Assembly: GCA_049582105.1 (NCBI GenBank)
Contig: JBAUTG010000066.1
Location: 5,661-69,660, forward strand
Length of the DNA: 64,000 bases
Direction of reading: 5' to 3'
Source of the DNA: Candidatus Dormiibacterota bacterium
Lineage (GTDB): Bacteria > Chloroflexota > Dormibacteria > Aeolococcales > Aeolococcaceae
The notes under the pieces are model-generated. The model was not told where the DNA came from. It was given only the letters and a program-made list of their open reading frames with translations, and did no database searches. This document shows, piece by piece, positions 8,782-17,449 of the stretch. The position numbers were made by a program, and so were the translations under genes. The number at the start of each line of letters is the position of its first letter. Within the stretch, counting starts at the first letter, position 1.

Positions 8782-9453
8782 GTGTACGAGATCGATGGCA
8801 AACGCGTCTACACCGAGCTGGCGGAGCTGGTCGAACCGTCCCACACGGCTCTGATCGTGATCGACATGCAGAAGGATTTCTGCTCGAGGGACGGAAGCTT
8901 CGCCAAGCAGGGTCTGGACCTCTCCGCCTACGAATCCATGGTGCCTCGTTTGGCGAAGTTGCTCGATGCCGCACGATCGTTTGGGGTCACCGTCATTCAC
9001 CTGCAGATGACGACACTTCCCGGCCACCGGGTCGAATCGCCTGCACAGATCCGCTTCAACATGCTGCAGCGCCCCGTCGGCGGGACTGAGCCCGTGTCCG
9101 TCGTCTACACGGTGGAGGGCACCGAAGGCCATCAGATCATCCCGGAGCTGAGCCCGATGGCTTCGGAATTCATTGTCCCCAAGTACCGTTCGAGCGGCTT
9201 CTGGGGCACAAACCTGGACATGATCCTGGGCAGCAATGGGCTGGAAACGGTGATTGTCACCGGCTGTACCACAGAGGGTTGTGTCGAGTCGACGGCGCGG
9301 GACGCTCTGTTCAACGACTACTACGTGGTCGTGGCGGAGGACTGTGTCGCGAGCGATCTTCCCGAGCAACACGAGGCCTCGCTCGTGCTCATGCGAAAGC
9401 GGTTCGACGTGGCGACCTCAGATGCCATTTGTGCGGCCTGGCAGGCGCGCTAG
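8782..9453 (+). CDS. isochorismatase-family cysteine hydrolase (N-carbamoylsarcosine amidase / RutB-like)
   Basis: A D-K-C triad context is present: ALIVIDMQKDF, VPKYRSSGF, VTGCTTEGCVEST. GTG 8782 follows a GAGGAG RBS and lies after the asparaginase stop at 8764. Confidence 0.8.
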   Translation: MYEIDGKRVYTELAELVEPSHTALIVIDMQKDFCSRDGSFAKQGLDLSAYESMVPRLAKLLDAARSFGVTVIHLQMTTLPGHRVESPAQIRFNMLQRPVGGTEPVSVVYTVEGTEGHQIIPELSPMASEFIVPKYRSSGFWGTNLDMILGSNGLETVIVTGCTTEGCVESTARDALFNDYYVVVAEDCVASDLPEQHEASLVLMRKRFDVATSDAICAAWQAR

Positions 9454-9480
9454 TTCGGCTTTCGGTGTGGAGTTCAACCT

Positions 9481-10431
9481 ATGACTGTGTTCGGACCGGG
9501 CTTCGCCGTCCTGGGTGCTGACGAACTTCGTCAGAGCCTGCCGATGCTCGAGTTGATTCCGGCCATCGGGAATGAGTTCGCTCGGAGTCCAGCCGCACCG
9601 AAGCGAACTGTCATCGAACTGCCCGGCGAGCGCTGGCAGATCATGTCGAGCTACTCGCCCGAGACTGGATTGGTGTGCAAGGTGGTGAACGTCTCCCTAC
9701 AACGCCGCTCGAACGGCTATCCACTCATCTCGGGGGCACTCATGCTGTTGAGCCCACAGGGAGATGTCAGAGCCATCATCGACGCGGGCACGTCGAACGC
9801 CCGACGAACCGGTGCCGTCGCCGCGTGGGCGACATCGATGCTGGCCAAGCGAGACGCAGCGGTACTGGCGCTGTTCGGTGTTGGCAGCCTGGCCGAGCCT
9901 CAGATCGAAGCAATCAACTGCGTTCGGCCTCTGCGCGAAATCCGAGTGGTGGCAGGAAGCGAAGAGCATGCTCGGACCTTCGCTGCGCGCATGCGAGAAC
10001 ACGGATGGAACATCCGAGCAGAGTCAGTCGCTGGAGCGTTGTACGGGGCGGACATCGTTTCCACCTGCACGACATCACCAACTCCGGTGTTTCCTGATGA
10101 CCTCATCGAGGAGGGCGTACATATCAACGCCATCGGACAGTACCGCCCCGACCGACGGGAGATACCGGCTGCAACCGTTGCGCGAGCGAAGGTTGTGGTT
10201 GAGAGCTTGTCGTCGGCGTGGGACGAAGCCGGGGAGCTCATCCTCGCACGAGACGAGGGCGTCATCAGCGAGAGCCACGTCGTCGGGGAACTCATCCACG
10301 CCGATACGCTGACGAGCATACGGACGTCCGATCGCGATATCACCCTCTTCAAATCGGTTGGCAGCGCGATCGCCGACATGGCGGCTGCCCGCGTCGTTCT
10401 TGAGCACCTGGACGAACACTCGGAGGGATGA
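9481..10431 (+). CDS. ornithine cyclodeaminase / mu-crystallin family NAD(P) enzyme (copy 2; candidate pyrroline/piperideine-2-carboxylate reductase)
   Basis: 316 aa with Rossmann motif LFGVGSLAE and the family-wide pattern. Its context with AcnX and a DadA-like gene suggests the reductase role. Confidence 0.8.
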   Translation: MTVFGPGFAVLGADELRQSLPMLELIPAIGNEFARSPAAPKRTVIELPGERWQIMSSYSPETGLVCKVVNVSLQRRSNGYPLISGALMLLSPQGDVRAIIDAGTSNARRTGAVAAWATSMLAKRDAAVLALFGVGSLAEPQIEAINCVRPLREIRVVAGSEEHARTFAARMREHGWNIRAESVAGALYGADIVSTCTTSPTPVFPDDLIEEGVHINAIGQYRPDRREIPAATVARAKVVVESLSSAWDEAGELILARDEGVISESHVVGELIHADTLTSIRTSDRDITLFKSVGSAIADMAAARVVLEHLDEHSEG

Positions 10432-11177
10432 GCATGGCGGAGAGCAATGAGCGGGTGGCGATCGTGACTGGCGGCGGCACCGGCCTCGGAAGAGCGATGG
10501 CCATCGCCCTGGCCTCGGACGGCACCGACGTTGTCGTCAACTTCTCGCGTTCGGAGGGCGAGGCGGCGGAGACCGCAGCCGTGATTCGGGAGATGGGTCG
10601 GCGAGCGAAGGTGGTTCGCGCGGATGTCGCGGTCGAAGCGCAAGTCGCGTCGATGGTCCGCGAGGCGATGAATGAGTTTGGGCAGATCGACTATCTCATC
10701 ATCAATGCCGGCACGACGGTGTTCTGTGACCTCAGCAACCTGGATGGCATTACGGAATCCGACTGGGACCGCATCCTCGGCGTGAACGTCAAAGGCGCGT
10801 GGTTCTGCGCGAAACATGCGGCGCCCCATATGAAAGAGCGGGGCGGGCACATCGTCACCATCTCGTCGACGGCGGGATTGATGACGATGGGCTCGAGCAT
10901 TCCGTACTGCGTCTCGAAAGCCGGTCTGCTACATCTGACGCGGATGCTGGCCAGAGCCCTGGCACCAGAAATTCAGGTGAACTCAATCGCGCCCGGACTT
11001 CTGGATACCCGGTGGGGGCGCCATCACGGGGAGGCCGGGATCGCGGCATATGTGGAGCGTTCGCTCCTCCACCGTATCCCGTCGCTGGACGACATTTGCG
11101 CTCAGCTGTTGGTGCTGTTGCGGAGCCGGTCGACAACCGGCCAGACAGTGGTGATGGACGGAGGCTTGACGGTGTGA
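10428..11177 (+). CDS. short-chain dehydrogenase/reductase (SDR)
   Basis: TGGGTGLGRA cofactor motif and YCVSKAG catalytic motif. There is an ATGA overlap with the upstream stop. Confidence 0.85.
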   Translation: MSMAESNERVAIVTGGGTGLGRAMAIALASDGTDVVVNFSRSEGEAAETAAVIREMGRRAKVVRADVAVEAQVASMVREAMNEFGQIDYLIINAGTTVFCDLSNLDGITESDWDRILGVNVKGAWFCAKHAAPHMKERGGHIVTISSTAGLMTMGSSIPYCVSKAGLLHLTRMLARALAPEIQVNSIAPGLLDTRWGRHHGEAGIAAYVERSLLHRIPSLDDICAQLLVLLRSRSTTGQTVVMDGGLTV

Positions 11178-11220
11178 AGTTGCGCCGATCGCGCGGTGCG
11201 CCGGGGAGAGGCTGTATCGA

Positions 11221-12483
11221 ATGGTGAAGCGCGCAGATGCGGCCGTCGACACCGACGTCCTCATCGTCGGTGGAGGTGCAATCGGCATCGCGACAGCCCA
11301 GGCTCTCGCGTGCCAGGGTCTCGGCGTCACAGTGGTCGAGCAGGGTTCCGTCGGGGCGGGTTGCTCATGGGGCAACGCAGGGTTGATTGCGGCGAGCCAG
11401 GTGACCCCTCTCGCATCACCGCGAGCACTCCTCCAGGGAATGGAGGGAATGTTCGATCGGAACGGGCCAGTGGTGATACGGCCGCGCCTTGATCCCGGTT
11501 TCCTGCGATGGACGACGCGATTCCTGTCCCAGTGTTTCCGGAATCCATCCCGGTCGAGACGCGCCCTCAACGCTCTTGCAGTGCTTAGCAGCGACCTCCA
11601 CAAGCAGCTCGCGGCTGAGATACCGGTTGACTATGGTTACCGTCAATCAGGGTGGCTCCATGTGTTCAGAACCGAGGGTGCTCTGAAACGCGCGGTGCGG
11701 GGCGCCGCGGACCTGTCCGACTTCGGGATCCGCTCGGTGGTCCTGGATCGGACGCAGGTCCAGAGCGTGGAGCCAATGGTGAGCGATGGAGTGGTCGGCG
11801 GTATCCATTTCACCGACGATGCGCATTTGCAGCCGGGGCCGTTCGTTGAGGCGTTGGCGGAGCGAGCACGGTCAAAGGGCGTCGCGATCATGACGGGAAC
11901 GACCGTTCGAGGGTTCCGGGTAGAGGGGAGTCGGGTGTCGACAGTGCTGACCACCCAGGGTGAGATGTCGTTCCGATGGCTTGTGCTTGCGGCCGGCGCC
12001 TGGACAAGGCCCCTCGGCCGCCGCTTGGATGTGAACCTCCCGATCGAGCCCGCCAGAGGGCATTCGATTTCGTTCACGCCAGATCGTCAACTCACGGTGC
12101 CCGTCATGCTGTCGGAACTGCACATCTCGATATCACCACAGGGCGCCGGTGCCAGGGTCACCAGCGGTCTTGAATTCGCAGGGTTCAACACCGCTGTGAG
12201 CGAGAGACGGCTGGACCACATGCTGCAGGCACCCGCGGGTTACCTCGACGGATTGGGTGCGAAACCGGGCACACGGTGGGTGGGCTTTCGTCCGTTGACG
12301 CCAGACGATCTGCCAATCATCGGACCGGTGCGTCGTTATACGAACGTCCTCATCGGCTCCGGCCACGGGACGCTCGGCATTACCCTGGCAACCGGTACGG
12401 CTCGCATCCTCTGTGATCAAATTCTCGGGTCGGCGAGTCCGATAGATTCGAGGCCCTTCATGCCGAGCCGATTCCGAGTGTAG
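11221..12483 (+). CDS. FAD-dependent oxidoreductase, D-amino-acid dehydrogenase (DadA)-like
   Basis: N-terminal VLIVGGGAIGIATAQALA...CSWGNAGLI, 420 aa, GGAGAGG RBS. Confidence 0.8.
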   Translation: MVKRADAAVDTDVLIVGGGAIGIATAQALACQGLGVTVVEQGSVGAGCSWGNAGLIAASQVTPLASPRALLQGMEGMFDRNGPVVIRPRLDPGFLRWTTRFLSQCFRNPSRSRRALNALAVLSSDLHKQLAAEIPVDYGYRQSGWLHVFRTEGALKRAVRGAADLSDFGIRSVVLDRTQVQSVEPMVSDGVVGGIHFTDDAHLQPGPFVEALAERARSKGVAIMTGTTVRGFRVEGSRVSTVLTTQGEMSFRWLVLAAGAWTRPLGRRLDVNLPIEPARGHSISFTPDRQLTVPVMLSELHISISPQGAGARVTSGLEFAGFNTAVSERRLDHMLQAPAGYLDGLGAKPGTRWVGFRPLTPDDLPIIGPVRRYTNVLIGSGHGTLGITLATGTARILCDQILGSASPIDSRPFMPSRFRV

Positions 12484-12494
12484 GCGTCAGGAGA

Positions 12495-13769
12495 TTGTCT
12501 GTCTTGTCAGAACTGAAGCTGAGCGACTACGAGCGTGGTTTGCTGGCCGGCAGCCACGGGGAGGGTGCGCGCCTCGCAATCCGAATCATCGTTGAGTACG
12601 CCGAGGCGCTGGGTGCGGTCGAGCTCCTCCCCATTACACGAGCTCACATCGACGGGTGCCTCTACCATGGTGATTCCGGGCTGGATTTCGCGCAAAAGCT
12701 CACGGACGGCGGCGCTACGGTCATGGTTGACACCACGCTCAACGTGGGTGGCGTCGACCTCCTGCACCCGCATCTCAATCGTGGGGATCCGAAGCGTGCG
12801 GAGCAGGCCGGCAAGCTCATGAGACTCTACGAGAACATGGGTTGCAAACCCACGTGGACATGCGCCCCGTACCAGCTCATCAACCGCCCTACGTTTGGCG
12901 AGCACGTGGCATGGGCGGAGTCGAATGCGGTTGTCTTCATCAATTCGGTTGTGGGTGCACGGAGTGAGCGATACGGGGATTTCATCGACATCTGCGCTGC
13001 GCTGACTGCACGCGTGCCGAACCACGGCCTGCACATCACCGAGCACCGGCGGGGTGAGGATGTTTTTGACGTGTCGAATCTTCCGCCGGAGTGGGAAGAG
13101 ACCTCGCTGTTCTGGCCGCTGCTGGGCCTGATCGTGGGCCGCGCCGCGGGTAAGCGCGTTCCCGTCGTGACTGGGGTCCGGCGCCGGCCGACTGAGGATG
13201 ACCTCAAGTCATTCGGCGCTGCCGCCGCCTCATCGGGGTCAGTCGCGCTGTTCCACGTCGTCGGGTTCACCGCCGAAGCCGCCAACCTGGATGCTGCGCT
13301 GCACGGTCGATCGCCGTCGCGTGTCACGGCGGTCACCGGGGCAATGCTGCGGGATGCGGCGGCCGCCATCGACTCGCACGGCGGGGGTGTCCTGGCGGCA
13401 GTGAGTGTCGGAACCCCGCATTTCTCTCTGTCAGAATTCGGGCAGTTGGTCACCCACATCGACGGACGGCGACGAGACTCACAGGTTGACTTCTATGTGT
13501 CCACCAGTCGAGCCACGCTTGACGAAGTCGCTCGACGCGGTTGGCTCGATCTCCTGAACGCATTTGGTGCAGAGGTGGTGGTCGACACGTGCACCTACTT
13601 CGCTCCGATCATCAGAAACCCGAGCGGTCTCGTCATGACCAACTCCGCGAAATGGGCCTACTACGCCCCAGGTAATATCGGGGCGAAGGTCGTGCTTGGA
13701 ACGCTCTCAGACTGCGTTTCGTCGGCAGTACTGGGGAGAATTGTGAGAGGGAGTCTTCCCCCTGGTTGA
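12495..13769 (+). CDS. aconitase X large (catalytic, DUF521) subunit; candidate cis-3-hydroxy-L-proline dehydratase
   Basis: 424 aa with a DUF521-like sequence (AHIDGCLYHG, TCAPYQL, CTYFAP), followed directly by a DUF126 gene. The start is TTG 12495 or 12504. Confidence 0.8.
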   Translation: MSVLSELKLSDYERGLLAGSHGEGARLAIRIIVEYAEALGAVELLPITRAHIDGCLYHGDSGLDFAQKLTDGGATVMVDTTLNVGGVDLLHPHLNRGDPKRAEQAGKLMRLYENMGCKPTWTCAPYQLINRPTFGEHVAWAESNAVVFINSVVGARSERYGDFIDICAALTARVPNHGLHITEHRRGEDVFDVSNLPPEWEETSLFWPLLGLIVGRAAGKRVPVVTGVRRRPTEDDLKSFGAAAASSGSVALFHVVGFTAEAANLDAALHGRSPSRVTAVTGAMLRDAAAAIDSHGGGVLAAVSVGTPHFSLSEFGQLVTHIDGRRRDSQVDFYVSTSRATLDEVARRGWLDLLNAFGAEVVVDTCTYFAPIIRNPSGLVMTNSAKWAYYAPGNIGAKVVLGTLSDCVSSAVLGRIVRGSLPPG

Positions 13770-13800
13770 GCACGATCGGACCGTCCGTATCAAGTCGCTG

Positions 13801-14190
13801 GTGGCTGGAGAAGCCGTGGGCCCGGCGGTCGTCTTAGAGGAACCCCTGAGCCTTTGGGGAGGACTTGACCCGGCGACCGGACTGATCATCGACGCCCACC
13901 ATCCCCAGCATGGTGTGCAAGTTGGCGGATCGATGCTCGTGATGCCGAGCGGGCGCGGCTCCAGCTCAAGTAGCAGCGTCCTTGTGGAGGCAGTCCGACG
14001 GCATACGAATCCGGTGGCACTCTTGCTATTCGAGACTGATGAGATTCTCATCCTCGGGGCAATCGTTGCAAGGGCTCTCTACGGTGTGTCGGTCCCAGTG
14101 GCCCTTCTGGGCAGCGCGGGGCAGACCTCTGTTCGCAGCGGTGACGTTGTCGAAATCATTGATTCGCACATCAGGATTAGGGGCAGATAA
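13801..14190 (+). CDS. aconitase X small (swivel, DUF126) subunit
   Basis: GEAVGPAVVLEEPLSLWGGLDPATGLIID...SGRGSSSSSSVL is the DUF126 signature. The first canonical start is GTG 13801. An in-frame CTG at 13762, overlapping the upstream stop, would give a more family-like N-terminus. Confidence 0.75.
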   Translation: MAGEAVGPAVVLEEPLSLWGGLDPATGLIIDAHHPQHGVQVGGSMLVMPSGRGSSSSSSVLVEAVRRHTNPVALLLFETDEILILGAIVARALYGVSVPVALLGSAGQTSVRSGDVVEIIDSHIRIRGR

Positions 14191-14204
14191 CCACGGAGCA
14201 GGCG

Positions 14205-15245
14205 CTACCCCGCGAGAGGTGATGCTGCAGCGCGACACCACCGCGCCAGAGCCTGCCGGATGTGCTCGGGGGTGATATCTCGATGCGTGACAAGTCGCAA
14301 GCGTCCGCCGACGGCCTTGCACAGCACTCCATCGCTCGACAATCGTTGGCACAGCTCGGCCGCACCAACACCCAACGGTTCCGGGTCCGCGAAGACGATG
14401 TTTGTGCGAACAGTCTCGGGGTCCACAGCTCCGGGCGTGGCAGCGGCGATGCCCTCCGCGAGTTGTCTCGCGGTGGCGTGATCCTCCGCTAGGCGGGCTC
14501 GTCCCTCCTCCAGGGCGATGAGCCCTGCAGCGGCCAGGATGCCGGCTTGGCGCCACCCCCCGCCCAGCTGCAGTTTGCGCTCGCGAACTTCCTCGACAAA
14601 CGGCTCGGAGCCGCAGACCACGGAGCCGACCGGTGCTCCTAGCCCCTTGGAGAGGCAGAACATCAGGGCATCGACCACATCGCAATATGCAAGCGGCGAG
14701 ACGCCGCGTGCCGCCGCGGCATTGAACAGGCGGGCGCCGTCCATGAAGACGGCAACGCCTGCCGCATGCGCGGCCGCAGCGGCCTCGCCCATTGCGACGG
14801 CGGACCAAGGGTATCCGGAAGCAGACTGATGCGTGTTCTCCACGACAACCAAATCGACGCTGTTCGGATACCGGTCGAGCGCAGCTCCAACCTGATCGCC
14901 GGTGAGTTCCCCGTGTGGTGAGGGAACCTCGACGAACGATAGGCCTCCCATAAGGGCACTCGCGCCCCTCTCCTTGTTGGCGACGTGCGCACCGTCTGCA
15001 CAGACGACCAGATGTCCGGCGCGCGCGAGTGCCAGCATTGACAGCTGATTTGCCATCGTTCCACTCGCGACAAAAACGGCAGCATCCTTCCCGACAACCT
15101 CAGCGCAACGCTCCTCAAGTCGGTTGACCGTGGGATCTTCGCGAGCGCCGTCATCGCCAACCTCCGCATACGCCATGGCGCGACGCATTCCGTCGGTCGG
15201 TTGGGTCGCAGTGTCGGAGCGCAGGTCGATGATCATTGGTTGCAC
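14205..15245 (-). CDS. ltaE: low-specificity threonine aldolase (PLP)
   Basis: N-terminal [19 protein letters not shown] and overall threonine-aldolase-family pattern; 346 aa. Confidence 0.85.
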   Translation of the reverse strand: MQPMIIDLRSDTATQPTDGMRRAMAYAEVGDDGAREDPTVNRLEERCAEVVGKDAAVFVASGTMANQLSMLALARAGHLVVCADGAHVANKERGASALMGGLSFVEVPSPHGELTGDQVGAALDRYPNSVDLVVVENTHQSASGYPWSAVAMGEAAAAAHAAGVAVFMDGARLFNAAAARGVSPLAYCDVVDALMFCLSKGLGAPVGSVVCGSEPFVEEVRERKLQLGGGWRQAGILAAAGLIALEEGRARLAEDHATARQLAEGIAAATPGAVDPETVRTNIVFADPEPLGVGAAELCQRLSSDGVLCKAVGGRLRLVTHRDITPEHIRQALARWCRAAASPLAG

Positions 15246-15271
15246 ACAGCCGACGGGTTATCGCTCCTAGA

Positions 15272-15351
15272 TTGGATCCGCGACACTATATCGGGTCCGA
15301 AACTTGACGTCAAGGACGCCAATACCCAGAATGTGCGGCACCTTGGATCCG
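15272..15351. promoter_or_regulatory. candidate operator cluster in the ltaE / SDR divergent region
   Basis: A perfect 10-bp palindrome TTGACGTCAA (15304-15313) is flanked by two direct copies of TTGGATCCG (15272-15280 and 15343-15351). Confidence 0.3.
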
Positions 15352-15431
15352 AAATATCTGCTCCGAGTCGGAGTGGACCGCGGCGGGCCGTCCACGGACA
15401 GCTCAGGCGAACAGCGCGAAGGGGATGAGCG

Positions 15432-16262
15432 ATGAGTGACCACGCATCGGGGAGGCTGGTGGGGAAGGTGGCGATCGTCACCGGCGGGGGTCGGGGCATC
15501 GGCGCGGCAATCTGTCGACGCTATGCGATCGAGGGAGCCAAGGTGGTCGTCGCAGACATCGAAGCCGACACGGCTCGCGACACAGCGCGGCAGATCGTCG
15601 ATGCCGGCGACGAAGCGATCGCCATTGCCGCGGACGTGAGCGATGGCGTCCAGGTTGCGCAACTTGTGGCCGAGACGCTGCGCGTCTACGGGACCGTCGA
15701 CATCCTGGTCAATAACGCCGCCATCGTCCGAGCGGCTGCCCGCCATTTTCTCGAGGCCGATGAAGCCTGGTGGGATTGGATCATCGGCACGAATCTGAAG
15801 GGTCACTTCCTGTGTTCCCTCCACGTCGCACGTCATATGGCACGCCACGGTGGCGGCACGATCATCACGATGTCCAGCGGAGGCGCGACGCGCGCGCACC
15901 GCGGCATGGTGGCCTACGACGCCTCCAAGGGCGGCATCGAAGCGATGACACGAGCGCTTGCCCTCGACCTTGCCCCCTACGGCATTCGAGTCGTCGGCCT
16001 CGTCCCCGGGCTGATCGTCCCCGCCCGGGAGACCACCGACCCCGCGGCGCTGGCCAGGACAGACGCAACCGTGCCGCTTGGGCGTGCCGGGGTGCCGGAG
16101 GATATCGCTGGACCGGCCGTGTTCCTCGCATCCGAGGATGCGCAGTACATCACCGGGAGCCTCGTGACTGTGGATGGGGGAGTGCTCTTTCAGCAGCGCT
16201 CGCCGCAGATAGAGACGTTCCCGCCTGAACGATTCCCGGCGATGAGCGCGGTGCCTGAGTGA
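15432..16262 (+). CDS. short-chain dehydrogenase/reductase (SDR)
   Basis: TGGGRGIGAAI motif and YDASKGG catalytic motif; GAAGGGGA RBS. Confidence 0.85.
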   Translation: MSDHASGRLVGKVAIVTGGGRGIGAAICRRYAIEGAKVVVADIEADTARDTARQIVDAGDEAIAIAADVSDGVQVAQLVAETLRVYGTVDILVNNAAIVRAAARHFLEADEAWWDWIIGTNLKGHFLCSLHVARHMARHGGGTIITMSSGGATRAHRGMVAYDASKGGIEAMTRALALDLAPYGIRVVGLVPGLIVPARETTDPAALARTDATVPLGRAGVPEDIAGPAVFLASEDAQYITGSLVTVDGGVLFQQRSPQIETFPPERFPAMSAVPE

Positions 16263-16342
16263 GTACCGCGTAGAAGACGGCACGCTCCCCCGGTAGCCGA
16301 CATGTCATTTCCGGCACGTCGCGAGTCAGTTCGCCGCGGCGC

Positions 16343-17449
16343 CTACGGTTGCGCCGCCGGAGCCATCAGTTCGTCGATCCGGTCTATCGGGAAACCCTCA
16401 GACTGCGCTCCCCTTTTCCCGGTGACCGTCGTCGCATTGAAGAGTGAATTGAGCACGGCCTCCTCGGTGGCGTCGCCCACAGCCTGAAACAGCAGGTCCA
16501 ACAGCGGGCTGTCGTCCTCGACATGCCACCAATCCGGTCCGCGTGTTGTCGCGGAGCCACTAGCCTCGGCATGCGTCACGAAACCAATGGCGATCTCACC
16601 GCTGTTGTGGGACGTTGACGAGCCTGTTCGCGCCAGCCCATTCTGCACGCGACGCAACAACCGGGTCAGCTGCCGGTCACTGATGAGTGCATCGGTGCCC
16701 ACGACAACGATGATCGAGCCTCCGGCACCCGGTTGCTGCTCCTCGCGACGCTCCGACGCGAGCCTCCTGCCCACTGGGCGGCCGGCAATCACGAGTTCCT
16801 TGAGCTGGCAGAAGTTCGACAGCACAAGAACGCCCACGGTCCAGGTCTCGCTGTCGCCCACGACGCGGGAAGCGGTCCCGATGCCCCCCTTCAGTCCAAA
16901 CGCGGACATCCCTCGTCCGGCGCCGACCGCGCCCTGGGGGACCGGACCCATCGAAGCCGCCTCAAGCGCTGAGCGAACATGGCGCGGGCGGACGTGCCTG
17001 CCGCGCATGTCGTTCAGACGCGAGTCATTGCACTCCGCCACGACGGTGTTCACCGAAGTCATCGTGTCCCCAACGGCTGGGTTGTCCTTGAGGATGTGGT
17101 CGAGGAGGCCTTCCGTGACCGCTGGAATCGAAAAGGTGTTGGTGAGTCCGATGGGGGATTCGAGGTATCCGAGCTCGTTGATCTGAACCAGCCCAGTCGA
17201 CTTGCCGTATCCATTGATGACGTGGCAGCCTGCAACCACCTTGTGCACGAAAGGATTGCCCTGGTGCGGAAGGATGACCGTGACGCCGGTCTGAATTGCC
17301 GGGTTCGAATCGTCGGTGACGGTGCAGTGTCCAACCGCGACGCCCCGGACGTCCGTGATCGCGTTGTTCGGGCCGGGCGGCAATGTGCCGATCCGGATGC
17401 CAAGACCAGTCGCCGAAAGCGCACCGCGCGCCTTGTTCACAGGTAACAC
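16343..17449 (-). CDS. DmpA/BapA-type (peptidase S58, P1 family) aminopeptidase
   Basis: GPNNAITDVRGVAVGH near the N-terminus and overall DmpA-like sequence; 368 aa. GTG 17449 overlaps the upstream gene end by 13 nt. Confidence 0.8.
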   Translation of the reverse strand: MLPVNKARGALSATGLGIRIGTLPPGPNNAITDVRGVAVGHCTVTDDSNPAIQTGVTVILPHQGNPFVHKVVAGCHVINGYGKSTGLVQINELGYLESPIGLTNTFSIPAVTEGLLDHILKDNPAVGDTMTSVNTVVAECNDSRLNDMRGRHVRPRHVRSALEAASMGPVPQGAVGAGRGMSAFGLKGGIGTASRVVGDSETWTVGVLVLSNFCQLKELVIAGRPVGRRLASERREEQQPGAGGSIIVVVGTDALISDRQLTRLLRRVQNGLARTGSSTSHNSGEIAIGFVTHAEASGSATTRGPDWWHVEDDSPLLDLLFQAVGDATEEAVLNSLFNATTVTGKRGAQSEGFPIDRIDELMAPAAQP

